Positions 19,355 to 27,800 of a stretch of DNA of 64,000 nt are shown here, one piece after another. How positions within the stretch are numbered: the first letter of the stretch is position 1; the number at the start of each line of letters is the position of its first letter. The stretch lies in the NCBI GenBank assembly GCA_965261005.1, contig OZ253376.1:1-64000 (forward strand). Reading direction: 5' to 3'. The stretch is from Deinococcus sp. GTDB lineage: Bacteria > Deinococcota > Deinococci > Deinococcales > Deinococcaceae. The position numbers were made by a program, and so were the translations under genes. The notes beneath the pieces were generated by a model. The model ran no database searches. It had not been told where the DNA came from and saw only the letters and a program-made list of their open reading frames with translations.

Positions 19355-21325
19355 TCAGCGCCACAACATCGCCCCCAACGTCGCCGCCAGGACCCAGGCG
19401 AAGATGGCGAGGGTATAGAGGTAGACCTTGCCGCTCTCCAAGCCGCGCAAGCGTTGCCCCAGATTGCCGATCCAGCTTGCCAGCCTATCGGTCCCGAAGG
19501 CGAAGCCGCCCTCCTCGGCGCGGGCGCTCAGGTGCGCGCCGGAAAGGGTCAAATCGGCGACGGCCCGGCCGGAGGCGTCGAGGGCAGCTTCCGAACGCTG
19601 GACCCCGCCGCCCGAACGCAGCGCGGCGCGGCCGATGCCCCTCGCCCCACCGTCGAGCGCGCCCTCGGCGGTGTTCACGTCGCCGCTCAGGGCGAGGGCG
19701 GCGCGGCCCAGCCACCTGGCGGCCGCGTCAAAGCCGTTCTCAACGCTTTGCAAAAGGCGGGACGAGGCCATCGCCGCGTGCGCCGTGCCGACGGTCAAGC
19801 CTTCCAGCGCGGCCCCGAGAGCGCGCGGCCAGCCGCCAAGGGCGGGCGCGGCGCCCAGCCGAGCCGCCCGCACGCCGCCCCAAGCGAGACCCAGCAGGCT
19901 CGCGGCAATCGCGCCCAGGCGCCAGGGAAGCGGGACTTCCGGCGCCCCCGGAAAGGGCAGCACGCCGCCCAGCACCCCCCCGAACAGCGCGAGCACGGCC
20001 AGCGCCAAACCGGGCCAGCTCATCAGGGGGCCGACCTCGTGCGCCTTGGCATTTTCTTTTCTCGGCCAGAAGGTCGCCACGCCCGCCCGCGCGATGTAGG
20101 TGCCCGCCAAAAAGACCAGCAGCAGCATCAGGAGGCCCGTCCAAAGGCCGTTCTGGACCGCCCGTCCCAGGATGGCCTCCTCGCTGAAGTACGCCCCGAA
20201 GGGCGGAAGGCCGGTTAGCGTCAAGCCGGCGAGGGCGAAGGTCGCCGCCGTGCGGGGCATGGTCCGGCCCAGCCCGCCCAGCTTCCACATGTCCAGCGTG
20301 CCCGCCGCGTGCTGCACCGCCCCGGCGGATAAAAACAGCGCCGACTTGAACAGCGCGTGGACGCCCAAATGGAAGGCCGCCGCGAACGGCCCGCCCAGGC
20401 CGTAGGCGAAGAACATCTCGCCCAGCTGCGACACGGTGGACCAGGCCAGCACCCGCTTGAGGTCCGTTTGAACGGTGGCGACCAGCGCCGAGAACAGCGC
20501 GGTCAAACCGCCCACCCAGGCGACCGAGGCAAGCACGGCGGGGGCGGCGGCGAACAGAGGCTCCAGCCGCAGCAGCAGGTACACGCCCGCCGCCACCATC
20601 GTGGCCGAGTGCAGCAGCGCCGAGACAGGGGTCGGGCCAACCATCGCGCTGGGGAGCCAGGCGGACAGGGGCAGCTGCGCGCTCTTGCCGACGGCGCCGA
20701 TGAGAAAGAGGGCGGCCAGCAGGGTCAGCGTCGCGGCCGGGATGGTGTTCAGGTTGCCCAGCAAGGCGCCGATGTCGCTCGTCCCGGTGAGCCTCAGCGC
20801 CAGCAGCCAGCCCAGCAGCAAACCCACATCGCCAATCCTCGTCATCAAAAAGGCGCGCAGGGCCGCCTTGCGCGCGCCCTGCTGATCGTAGTGAAAGCCG
20901 ATCAAGAGGTACGACGCCAGCCCCACCCCCTCCCAGGCCGCGAACAAGAGGGCGAAGGAGTTGGCGAGAACCAGGGTCAGCATCGCCCCCAGGAAAAAGG
21001 CGAGCGTGGCGAAAAAACGCGGCCCCCCCTCCTCCCCGCGCAGATAGCCGACCGCGTAGACGCTTACCAGCAAACCCACGCCGGCGACCAGAAAGGCCAG
21101 CAGCTTGGAGAGGCCGTCGAGGGAGAGGCCCACGGTCAACTGGAAACCGGCGCTCTCGAACCAATTGCCTGAAAAGGCCGGGGTTCCACGGCCGATCAGC
21201 AGCAGGGCCAGCAGCGAGAGGCCGACGCCGAGCAGGTTCAGCCAGCCGGCGTGCTTTTTGAAGGGGACGATGACCAGGGACGCGGTGAGCGGCGCGAGCG
21301 GGACGGCCAGCAGCAGGGCGCTCAT
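19355..21325 (-). CDS. nuoL: NuoL-like antiporter-type membrane subunit
   Basis: WEGVGLASY, GKSAQLPL, PTPVSALLHSATMV and HALFKS motifs; start overlaps the nuoK stop. Confidence 0.88.
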   Translation of the reverse strand: MSALLLAVPLAPLTASLVIVPFKKHAGWLNLLGVGLSLLALLLIGRGTPAFSGNWFESAGFQLTVGLSLDGLSKLLAFLVAGVGLLVSVYAVGYLRGEEGGPRFFATLAFFLGAMLTLVLANSFALLFAAWEGVGLASYLLIGFHYDQQGARKAALRAFLMTRIGDVGLLLGWLLALRLTGTSDIGALLGNLNTIPAATLTLLAALFLIGAVGKSAQLPLSAWLPSAMVGPTPVSALLHSATMVAAGVYLLLRLEPLFAAAPAVLASVAWVGGLTALFSALVATVQTDLKRVLAWSTVSQLGEMFFAYGLGGPFAAAFHLGVHALFKSALFLSAGAVQHAAGTLDMWKLGGLGRTMPRTAATFALAGLTLTGLPPFGAYFSEEAILGRAVQNGLWTGLLMLLLVFLAGTYIARAGVATFWPRKENAKAHEVGPLMSWPGLALAVLALFGGVLGGVLPFPGAPEVPLPWRLGAIAASLLGLAWGGVRAARLGAAPALGGWPRALGAALEGLTVGTAHAAMASSRLLQSVENGFDAAARWLGRAALALSGDVNTAEGALDGGARGIGRAALRSGGGVQRSEAALDASGRAVADLTLSGAHLSARAEEGGFAFGTDRLASWIGNLGQRLRGLESGKVYLYTLAIFAWVLAATLGAMLWR

Positions 21326-21627
21326 CCCCTCAGGTCCTGGTAGTCGTCCACCTGCTGGCTTTGGCGGTTGCGGTAGAGCAGCATCATGATGGCGAGGCCC
21401 ACGGCCATCTCGATGGCGCCGACCGTCACGATCAGGATGGTGAAGATCTGCCCGCTGTAGTCGCCCGGCCGCACGAAGCGCCAAAAGGCGATCAGGTTCA
21501 GGCCGGTGGCATTCAGCAGCACCTCCACGCCCATCAGGACCATCACCGCCGAGCGCTGCGCGACCACCGTATAGATGCCGACGCCGAACAGGATGGCCGC
21601 CACGACCAAGTAGGCTGTCAGGTTCAT
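21322..21627 (-). CDS. nuoK: NuoK-like subunit
   Basis: Three TM helices with MGVEVLLN and AIEMAVGLAI. Confidence 0.9.
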   Translation of the reverse strand: MNLTAYLVVAAILFGVGIYTVVAQRSAVMVLMGVEVLLNATGLNLIAFWRFVRPGDYSGQIFTILIVTVGAIEMAVGLAIMMLLYRNRQSQQVDDYQDLRG

Positions 21628-22361
21628 GCGCCCACCGCTTCTTTGTCGGGTTCAGAAACCTCGATGGGCGTGGGGTTCTCGTCGGCGGTCACCAAGGCCG
21701 CGCGGTCCTCCTCCGAGGGGTGGCTGCCGGGGCGCTGGAGCATCACCGCGCCGAAGATGCCCAGCAGGATCAGCAAACCGGCGCCCTCGAAGGCCATCAT
21801 GTATTTGCCCATCAGGAGCGTGCCGACCTGCCGCGCCGGGTCGGGGTCGGGGGTCGCCAAGCTCTGCGGCCAGCTTGGGCGCCACAGCAGCAAAAAGACC
21901 AGCGCGGCGCCCACCAGGATGCCGAGAACCGCCGCCCAGGGCCGCGCGGGCGTCACCATGCTCATGTCCATGCCGCCCATGTCCGAGTCGCCGTGGTCCA
22001 TGCCGGGGTGGTCCATCTCGCCTTGTTGTTGATCGTCTTTCGGCTTCAGCCCCAAGCTGAACAGCCGCTCGACGGGCGACATCTGCATGCCGGCCATCAT
22101 GGCGCCGCCGGGGTCCACCGAGAACAGCAGCATGAACAGGATCATCACCAGCATCCCGCCGATGTACATCATCACTTGCAGCAGGCCGATCAAGTCGGCC
22201 GACAGCAGGATGAACAGCCCCGCCACGCCGATGAAAGACGACATCAAAAAGATGCCGCTGCGGAACATGCTCATGGTGGTCGCCATGCCCAGGGCGCCCA
22301 GCACGGCGATCAGGGAAAACAGGCCGAAGGCGGCCCACTGCACCCCCAAGTTGAGCGTCAT
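21624..22361 (-). CDS. nuoJ: NuoJ-like subunit with a Met/His-rich loop
   Basis: LQVMMYIGGMLVMILF and AFEGAGLLIL; insert EMDHPGMDHGDSDMGGMDMSM. Confidence 0.85.
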   Translation of the reverse strand: MTLNLGVQWAAFGLFSLIAVLGALGMATTMSMFRSGIFLMSSFIGVAGLFILLSADLIGLLQVMMYIGGMLVMILFMLLFSVDPGGAMMAGMQMSPVERLFSLGLKPKDDQQQGEMDHPGMDHGDSDMGGMDMSMVTPARPWAAVLGILVGAALVFLLLWRPSWPQSLATPDPDPARQVGTLLMGKYMMAFEGAGLLILLGIFGAVMLQRPGSHPSEEDRAALVTADENPTPIEVSEPDKEAVGA

Positions 22362-23242
22362 TGCGGCCCCACCCCCAGGAGAATCAAAGCGCCGACCAGC
22401 AGCACGTTCAACAATCCGGCGGGAATCAGGACGCGCCAAGCCAGTTTGAGCATTTGCGCGGTGCTGAGGGGCTTCACCAGCTTGCCCAGCCACAACATCA
22501 GGGCCATCAGGGCGAAGGTCTTGAGCAGCATCCAGAGGGGGGCGGGCAGCCACGGTCCCAGCCAGCCGCCCAGGTACAGCAGCGCGCCCATCGCCGCGAC
22601 CACGAACAAGAGGCCCGCCAGCGCCGCGCGCCATGCCAGCGCCTTCCAGCCGCCGACCGCGCCCAGAACGCCGCCGCCGATCTCCTGTGAAAATGGCTCG
22701 GAAAAGGGGGCGCGGTACGCCTGCATCAGGCCGGTGACGACGTACAGCGCGAAGCCGAGGGGTTGCAGAAGGGCGAACCACAGCCCCGACTGCGCCTCGA
22801 CGATGCGGACGGTCGAAAGCGAGGCCGCCATCATCAGCGCGCCCACGTAGGCGAGGCCGAGCGGAACCACGTAAGAAACCAGCTGCGCCGTGACGCGGTA
22901 AAAGCCCTCGACCGCGTTTCTGGTGCCCGCGCCCCAACCGCTCAGGGCCACGCCCAGCACCACGAAGTCCACCACCACGATGAAGTAAAAGGCGCCGATG
23001 CCCAGATCAGAGCCGATCAGGCGCGGGCCGAAGGGCAGCACGGCCGCCGCCAGCGTCACGCCGAACAGGGCGCTGAGGGGGCCGGCCGGGTACAGCCAGC
23101 GGTCGGCGTGCGGCAGGGCCACATCCTCGCGGGGGGTGTGGCCGACGGGCGGCGAAAGGGCCAGCTCCAGCCAGAGGGTCAGCGCCACGCCGACGGCCAA
23201 AGTCAGCAGCGTGAACAGCGCCCCGCCCCAACTGTTCAGCAC
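22358..23242 (-). CDS. nuoH: NuoH-like subunit, N-terminally shortened
   Basis: AQLVSYVVPL, SLSTVRIVEAQ, LQPLGF, RAPF and YLGGW; GTG overlaps the nuoA stop. Confidence 0.8.
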   Translation of the reverse strand: MLNSWGGALFTLLTLAVGVALTLWLELALSPPVGHTPREDVALPHADRWLYPAGPLSALFGVTLAAAVLPFGPRLIGSDLGIGAFYFIVVVDFVVLGVALSGWGAGTRNAVEGFYRVTAQLVSYVVPLGLAYVGALMMAASLSTVRIVEAQSGLWFALLQPLGFALYVVTGLMQAYRAPFSEPFSQEIGGGVLGAVGGWKALAWRAALAGLLFVVAAMGALLYLGGWLGPWLPAPLWMLLKTFALMALMLWLGKLVKPLSTAQMLKLAWRVLIPAGLLNVLLVGALILLGVGPQ

Positions 23243-23559
23243 TACTCCCACTCTAGCCCGCCCATACGCCAGGCGTAGGCCAGCCCGGCCAGCAAAATGG
23301 CGATAAAGACCAGCATGTCGAAAAAGGCTTCCAGGCCGATGCCCCGGAACACGACCGCCCACGGGTACATGAAGATCATCTCCATGTCAAAGGCGAGAAA
23401 GATCAGCGCGAAGGTGGGGTAGCCGAAGCGGTATTGCTTCCAGGCGGCGGGCAGCTCGAGTTTCTTGACCTTGGGCCGCCACACGGCGACCAGCAAGAGG
23501 GCCAGCCCCAGCATGAGCAGGGCGGCCAAGCCGACGGCGGCGTACATGCTGACGATCAT
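23242..23559 (-). CDS. nuoA: NuoA-like subunit
   Basis: FALIFLAFDMEMIFMYPW and AYAWRMGGLEW. Confidence 0.88.
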   Translation of the reverse strand: MIVSMYAAVGLAALLMLGLALLLVAVWRPKVKKLELPAAWKQYRFGYPTFALIFLAFDMEMIFMYPWAVVFRGIGLEAFFDMLVFIAILLAGLAYAWRMGGLEWE

Positions 23560-23593
23560 GCAAGACCTCGTAGGACGCGAAGCTTATGTTTTT

Positions 23594-23899
23594 TCAGGTG
23601 TACTTGAAGACTTCCATCAGCTCGTCCACGATCTCCTGCTCGTCGCCGCGTGCGCTGGCGGTGGCGACGTGCGCCTCCAAATGGCCGCGCAGCACCACGC
23701 CGGCCGCTCCCGTGAGGGCGCCCTGCACGGCCTTGAGCTGGCGCAACACGTCCACGCAGTAGGCGTGCGGGTCTTCGAGCTGGCGCTGAATGCTCTCCAG
23801 GTGGCCCCGCGCGATGGCGAGGCGTCGGGCCGCCTTTTTGCGGGCGTCCTCGGGCATGCAGAGGTGGTGTTCTCCGGCGGCGGCCGTCTCACCCTCCAT
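23594..23899 (-). CDS. csoR: CsoR-family copper-sensing repressor
   Basis: RRLAIARGHL, YCVDVLRQLKAV and GHLEAH (Cys-His-His type). Confidence 0.9.
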   Translation of the reverse strand: MEGETAAAGEHHLCMPEDARKKAARRLAIARGHLESIQRQLEDPHAYCVDVLRQLKAVQGALTGAAGVVLRGHLEAHVATASARGDEQEIVDELMEVFKYT

Positions 23900-24108
23900 T
23901 ACAGGTGGGCGATTCGCGCGCTGTACCCCTCTTCCGCCACGGCGTTGATGAGTTGCTGGGGGTCGAGATTGCCCTCTACGACGGCCTTGCCGCTTTTCAA
24001 ATCCACTTGGGCGTCCGTCACGCCGGGCACGCTCCTCAGGGCCTTGGTCACGGCAGTTTGGCAGTGGCCGCAGGTCATGCCGGAAACGTCGAGTTCGGTT
24101 GTATTCAT
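23899..24108 (-). CDS. copZ: CopZ copper chaperone
   Basis: GMTCGHC HMA motif; GGAGG RBS. Confidence 0.93.
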   Translation of the reverse strand: MNTTELDVSGMTCGHCQTAVTKALRSVPGVTDAQVDLKSGKAVVEGNLDPQQLINAVAEEGYSARIAHL

Positions 24109-24130
24109 GGGTCTTCCTCCGAAGGCAAAT

Positions 24131-24230
24131 CTACACCCACCCTGGGAGGAGTCAGCATAAATTGTGCCAGATGACTTCCTTAACGAGCTTTTCATTCTCC
24201 ATTTTGCCATCCACCCGGGGGGGAATGGGA
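24131..24230. promoter_or_regulatory. Putative CsoR operators upstream of copZ-csoR-nuo
   Basis: C-tract/G-tract pseudo-palindromes ACACCCACCCTGGGAGGAGT and CCATCCACCCGGGGGGGAATGG, like those at copA. Confidence 0.55.
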
Positions 24231-24461
24231 TAAACGTTGCGCCCGCACCTCCACGTTCGAGCGCGGCCCCGTGGCCGGCTGGACGCTGATCCTAAGCCCG
24301 ACCCCGGAAGGCGAGGTGCGGCAGCTCGGCTGAGCAAGAACCCATAAACCGGGTACCACGCTTGCTCCTCGTGACGTGTGGTCCCTACAGGCGCCAGAAG
24401 AATTCTTTTGAACGTGGGCCACGGCCGAGACCAGGTCGGCCGTGGTCACGAAGTACGCCGC

Positions 24462-25883
24462 CTACGGCAAACGGTAGGCATAGACAGCACCTTGGCCCAT
24501 GCCGAACTTGCTGGGCAGGCCGGCGCTGAAGTACAGCGTGTTGCCCACCACGCTGAGCGGCGCGCTGATCGAGCCGTGCGCCGAGCTGGTCCACACCTTT
24601 TGCCCGTCCGAGGCGCGGTAGCCGCGAATCTTGCCGTCGAGCGTCCCCACCAGGTACACATCGTTCGAGAGAAAGCCCGCCGTGGTCGTTCCCGCCGGCT
24701 GCGCCTTGAGGTCGGTCCACTTGGCCGTTCCCGTCGCGGGGTCGAGCGCCTTGATGGTGATGGGGTGCTGCGCGGGGTCGAGGTCATAGTTGTATGAGTT
24801 GTTGCTCCACACGTAGATGGTGGCGTCCGGTCCCACCGCCGCCTCCGCGTGGATGCCGCCGCCCTTGCTTCCGTAACCCACCGCCGTCTTCCAGACCAGC
24901 GCGCCCGTCTGCCTATCGAAGGCCCAGTAAATGCCGCTCTTGGAGCCGCCGCCCACCAATTGTTTCATCTGGCCGTTCACGTTCGCCGTAAACAGCTGCG
25001 GCCCCGCGCCGAAGTCGTAGTCCGGCCCGACCGGCTTGGCGGCCAGCCACAAGTCGTTGTTGAAGGTCTGCGTCACCCACTTGGTTTGGCCGCTGCGGGC
25101 GCCTACCGCGACCATCGCGTCCTCCATCTCGCCCGGCGCGCCGTTGTAGCTGTTGCCGGTCGTGAAGAACAGGGTGTCGCTGGCGGGGTCGAGGGCGAAG
25201 GAACTCCACATCGAGGTGCCGTTCTTGTCAGGGGTGGTCAGGTACTTTTCCCAGACGGTATTTCCCGTGCTGGTGTTGAGGGCCACCACCCGGCCGCGCG
25301 AGGTCGCCGTGTAAGGCTTGCCCATCTTTTCCATCATGCCGGAGATCGGCTCGTCCACCGAGGAGACGCCGATGTACGCCAGGCCGTCGGCCGGGTTGAC
25401 CAGCAGGTGGCTGACGCTGCCGGCGTACTGGTCCTGCGGGGCGAAGTCGGTCTTCCACAGCAGCTTGCCCGTATTCTTGTCGAGGGCGAAGGCGTAGCCC
25501 TCGACGCTGGCGACGATGTAGGCGTTCTCCGTCAGGGCGCCGGTGCCAGCGAAGCCATGCCAAGGCCATTCCTTGACCGGCGTCTCCAGCTTGGTCTTCC
25601 ACAGCTGCTTGCCCGTCTGGGCGTCGAGGGCGTAGGCGTTGCCGGCCCAATCGGCCACGAAAACCTTATTGCCGTCGAGTAAGGGCGTAGCAGAAACCTC
25701 GGCGCCCGGCCTGAAGCTCCAGGCCAGCTGCAAGCGCGACACGTTCTGGGTGTTCAGGGCCGTGCTGTCGCTGGCGTGGTCGTTGACAAACTCGTGGTTC
25801 GGCGCCGTCTGCGCCACGGCGAGCGGCGCAGTCAGCAGGGCCAGGCTGACGAGGTGGGCGGGGGTAAATCGAATGTGCTTCAT
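24462..25883 (-). CDS. Secreted PQQ-type beta-propeller protein (PVA-dehydrogenase-like)
   Basis: Signal peptide; repeated ALDxxTGKxxW tryptophan-docking motifs; TGNSY and DYDFG. Confidence 0.85.
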   Translation of the reverse strand: MKHIRFTPAHLVSLALLTAPLAVAQTAPNHEFVNDHASDSTALNTQNVSRLQLAWSFRPGAEVSATPLLDGNKVFVADWAGNAYALDAQTGKQLWKTKLETPVKEWPWHGFAGTGALTENAYIVASVEGYAFALDKNTGKLLWKTDFAPQDQYAGSVSHLLVNPADGLAYIGVSSVDEPISGMMEKMGKPYTATSRGRVVALNTSTGNTVWEKYLTTPDKNGTSMWSSFALDPASDTLFFTTGNSYNGAPGEMEDAMVAVGARSGQTKWVTQTFNNDLWLAAKPVGPDYDFGAGPQLFTANVNGQMKQLVGGGSKSGIYWAFDRQTGALVWKTAVGYGSKGGGIHAEAAVGPDATIYVWSNNSYNYDLDPAQHPITIKALDPATGTAKWTDLKAQPAGTTTAGFLSNDVYLVGTLDGKIRGYRASDGQKVWTSSAHGSISAPLSVVGNTLYFSAGLPSKFGMGQGAVYAYRLP

Positions 25884-25947
25884 AACTCCTCCTGAAAGTT
25901 GGTCTGGGGCTGTCTTGTAAACGCCGTCAACCTTCTCGACGTTGGTC

Positions 25948-26664
25948 TCAGTTCATGCGCCCCTGATTGGGCATCTGCTGAGCGGCGTCCTGGCCGATGC
26001 GCTCCAGCACCGGGCGCCGCGCGAGAATGATCAGGCCGAACCCGACCTTGGCCAGCAAATCGAGAATGGTGTAGAGGGCCGCCTGGGCGCCCTGACCGAT
26101 CAGCGCGAAACCCGCCGTGCCGAGAATCCACACCACCGGGTAGCCGATCCACAGGGCGGCGTTCATGTCGCGCAGGGTGGTGAACAGGCGCCGCTGATCC
26201 TCAGGACGGCCCTGCGCCTTTACGGTGAGGTCGCGGTACAGCAAAGCCAGCACGGCCAGAAAGCCCAGGCAGCTCACCGCGTACCAGATGTAGTTGGTCG
26301 GCTTGCTCGAAAGCTCGGCGATGGCCCCGGTGCCGATCATGAACACGTCTGACAACACCAGCGACAAGGTCAGGCTGGGCGGGGCGTGCACGCTGCGCGC
26401 GATCTGGCTGAGCAGCAGCGGCGTGGTCAATCCCCAGGTGACGTAACGAATCCAGGCGACCGGTCGGCCGTCCAGGGTGACCTCCCCCTGCCCGAGGGCC
26501 AGCATCAGGTACAGCGCCATGGCGATCAAGGGAACGGCGAACAGGCCCACGAGCGACTGCTTGGTGTACTCGTTGGTGGGGCGCAGGGTCTGGGTATAGA
26601 AGTAGAGCACGCCGAGCAACATGCCAAAAAAGCCGATCCAGCGCCACAAGGTCACCGCGTCCAT
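25948..26664 (-). CDS. Microbial (type 1) rhodopsin with a TTQ helix-C motif, probable anion pump
   Basis: Seven TM; RYVTWGLTTPLLLSQ, WIGYPVVW and DLLAKVGFG (retinal Lys). Confidence 0.93.
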   Translation of the reverse strand: MDAVTLWRWIGFFGMLLGVLYFYTQTLRPTNEYTKQSLVGLFAVPLIAMALYLMLALGQGEVTLDGRPVAWIRYVTWGLTTPLLLSQIARSVHAPPSLTLSLVLSDVFMIGTGAIAELSSKPTNYIWYAVSCLGFLAVLALLYRDLTVKAQGRPEDQRRLFTTLRDMNAALWIGYPVVWILGTAGFALIGQGAQAALYTILDLLAKVGFGLIILARRPVLERIGQDAAQQMPNQGRMN

Positions 26665-26870
26665 GTCAACACCTCATTTGGGAAAGTCGTAGTGACGTTG
26701 GCGAACAATGCCCGCCTTGGGTTGGTGACCACAGTGGGGCAGGCACACGCTGGCTGAAAGAGAAGCCTTGAGCGGCTATGGGCGAACGGACTCCGAACAT
26801 GACGTGGTTGCGCGCCTCCTCCATCCGACCTCCAGAGCTATCTTCAGGTGCATTCAGGATGCACCTCGGA

Positions 26871-26934
26871 CCATGCTTGAGGACGCCGTGTTCAGCTTCT
26901 GTAAAGGGCCTGCCAACCTTAAGTAGACTTCAAG
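26871..26934 (-). promoter_or_regulatory. Conserved promoter with tandem TTTACA-N5-TGAACA box (copy 1, upstream of rhodopsin)
   Basis: 32 of 36 nt identical to 33571-33606. Confidence 0.7.
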
Positions 26935-27040
26935 GCGACAGTTTGCTCTGGTCCACAAAGCGCCCGACCGTGAGGACAGCGGCGCCCGTTTTCGGCAGGG
27001 TCAGGTGGTGGCTGCGGCCAGGCCAAGCGGTCATCAACAC

Positions 27041-27073
27041 CTTTACAGGAACTTAACAGCGCCTCTCTAGCCT
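27041..27073 (+). promoter_or_regulatory. Tandem TTTACA-N5-TTAACA box and -10 (TAGCCT) upstream of DUF305
   Basis: CTTTACAGGAACTTAACA, with spacing similar to the other two boxes. Confidence 0.6.
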
Positions 27074-27091
27074 GAGGGAGAGGTGAACATT

Positions 27092-27700
27092 ATGCGAACG
27101 GCTGTTTTTACGACCCTGCTCCTGAGCGCCGTCCTGGTCTCTCCCGTCTCAGCCCAGATGAACTCAGCACAGATGAACCACGACACCATGAACATGCCGC
27201 AAAGCATGCCCGGCATGACCCACACGGGAACGGAGGCCAAGGACCTCGCGCAGCTGAAGGGCAAAGCCTTCGACCGCGCCTTTTTGTCCATGATGGTCGT
27301 CCATCATCAGGGCGCCATCGACATGAGCAAGGCCGTCGTCAACAACGTGAGGGACGCCCAGGTCAAGATGTGGGCGAACGACATCATCAAGGTTCAGCAA
27401 CAGGAGATCGGCCAGATGAACACCTGGCTCAGGGCACTCGGCGGCCCCGACAAGAGCGCGCAAAGCGGCATGGCGGGCGAGATGAACACCATGCTCGCGG
27501 TTCTCAAGCGGGACAAGGACAGCGACCGCGCCTTGGTCACGGGCATGTTGCCCCACCACGCCAGCGCGATAGAAATGGCCCGCGTCGCCCTGCAAAACAG
27601 CGACGACGCCCGAATCCTGGGACTCGCCCGTGAAATCATCCGTACCCAGGCCGACGAGATGTACGCCTACCGCCAGTGGCTGCTGAAAAGGGGAAGCTGA
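27092..27700 (+). CDS. DUF305 (CopM-like) exported metal-binding protein
   Basis: Signal peptide, Met/His-rich N-terminus, MVVHHQGAIDM and MLPHHASAIEM. Confidence 0.9.
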   Translation: MRTAVFTTLLLSAVLVSPVSAQMNSAQMNHDTMNMPQSMPGMTHTGTEAKDLAQLKGKAFDRAFLSMMVVHHQGAIDMSKAVVNNVRDAQVKMWANDIIKVQQQEIGQMNTWLRALGGPDKSAQSGMAGEMNTMLAVLKRDKDSDRALVTGMLPHHASAIEMARVALQNSDDARILGLAREIIRTQADEMYAYRQWLLKRGS

Positions 27701-27800
27701 GATTTGCAGAGAGCAGAGAGCCAAAGACAGACGCCCTATGCTCTCTGCGCTGTGGCCTCTGTCAACCCCACCCACCTACTGGTGATCTAGTAAACCCCAC

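Noticed and set aside
16300..23559. Annotation as a complete NADH dehydrogenase or as an Mrp antiporter
   Set aside because: No Fe-S or flavin subunits; NuoA- and NuoH-like genes are present and MrpE/F/G are absent
26666..26800. 44-codon ORF in the rhodopsin leader
   Set aside because: Poor RBS spacing and no recognisable features
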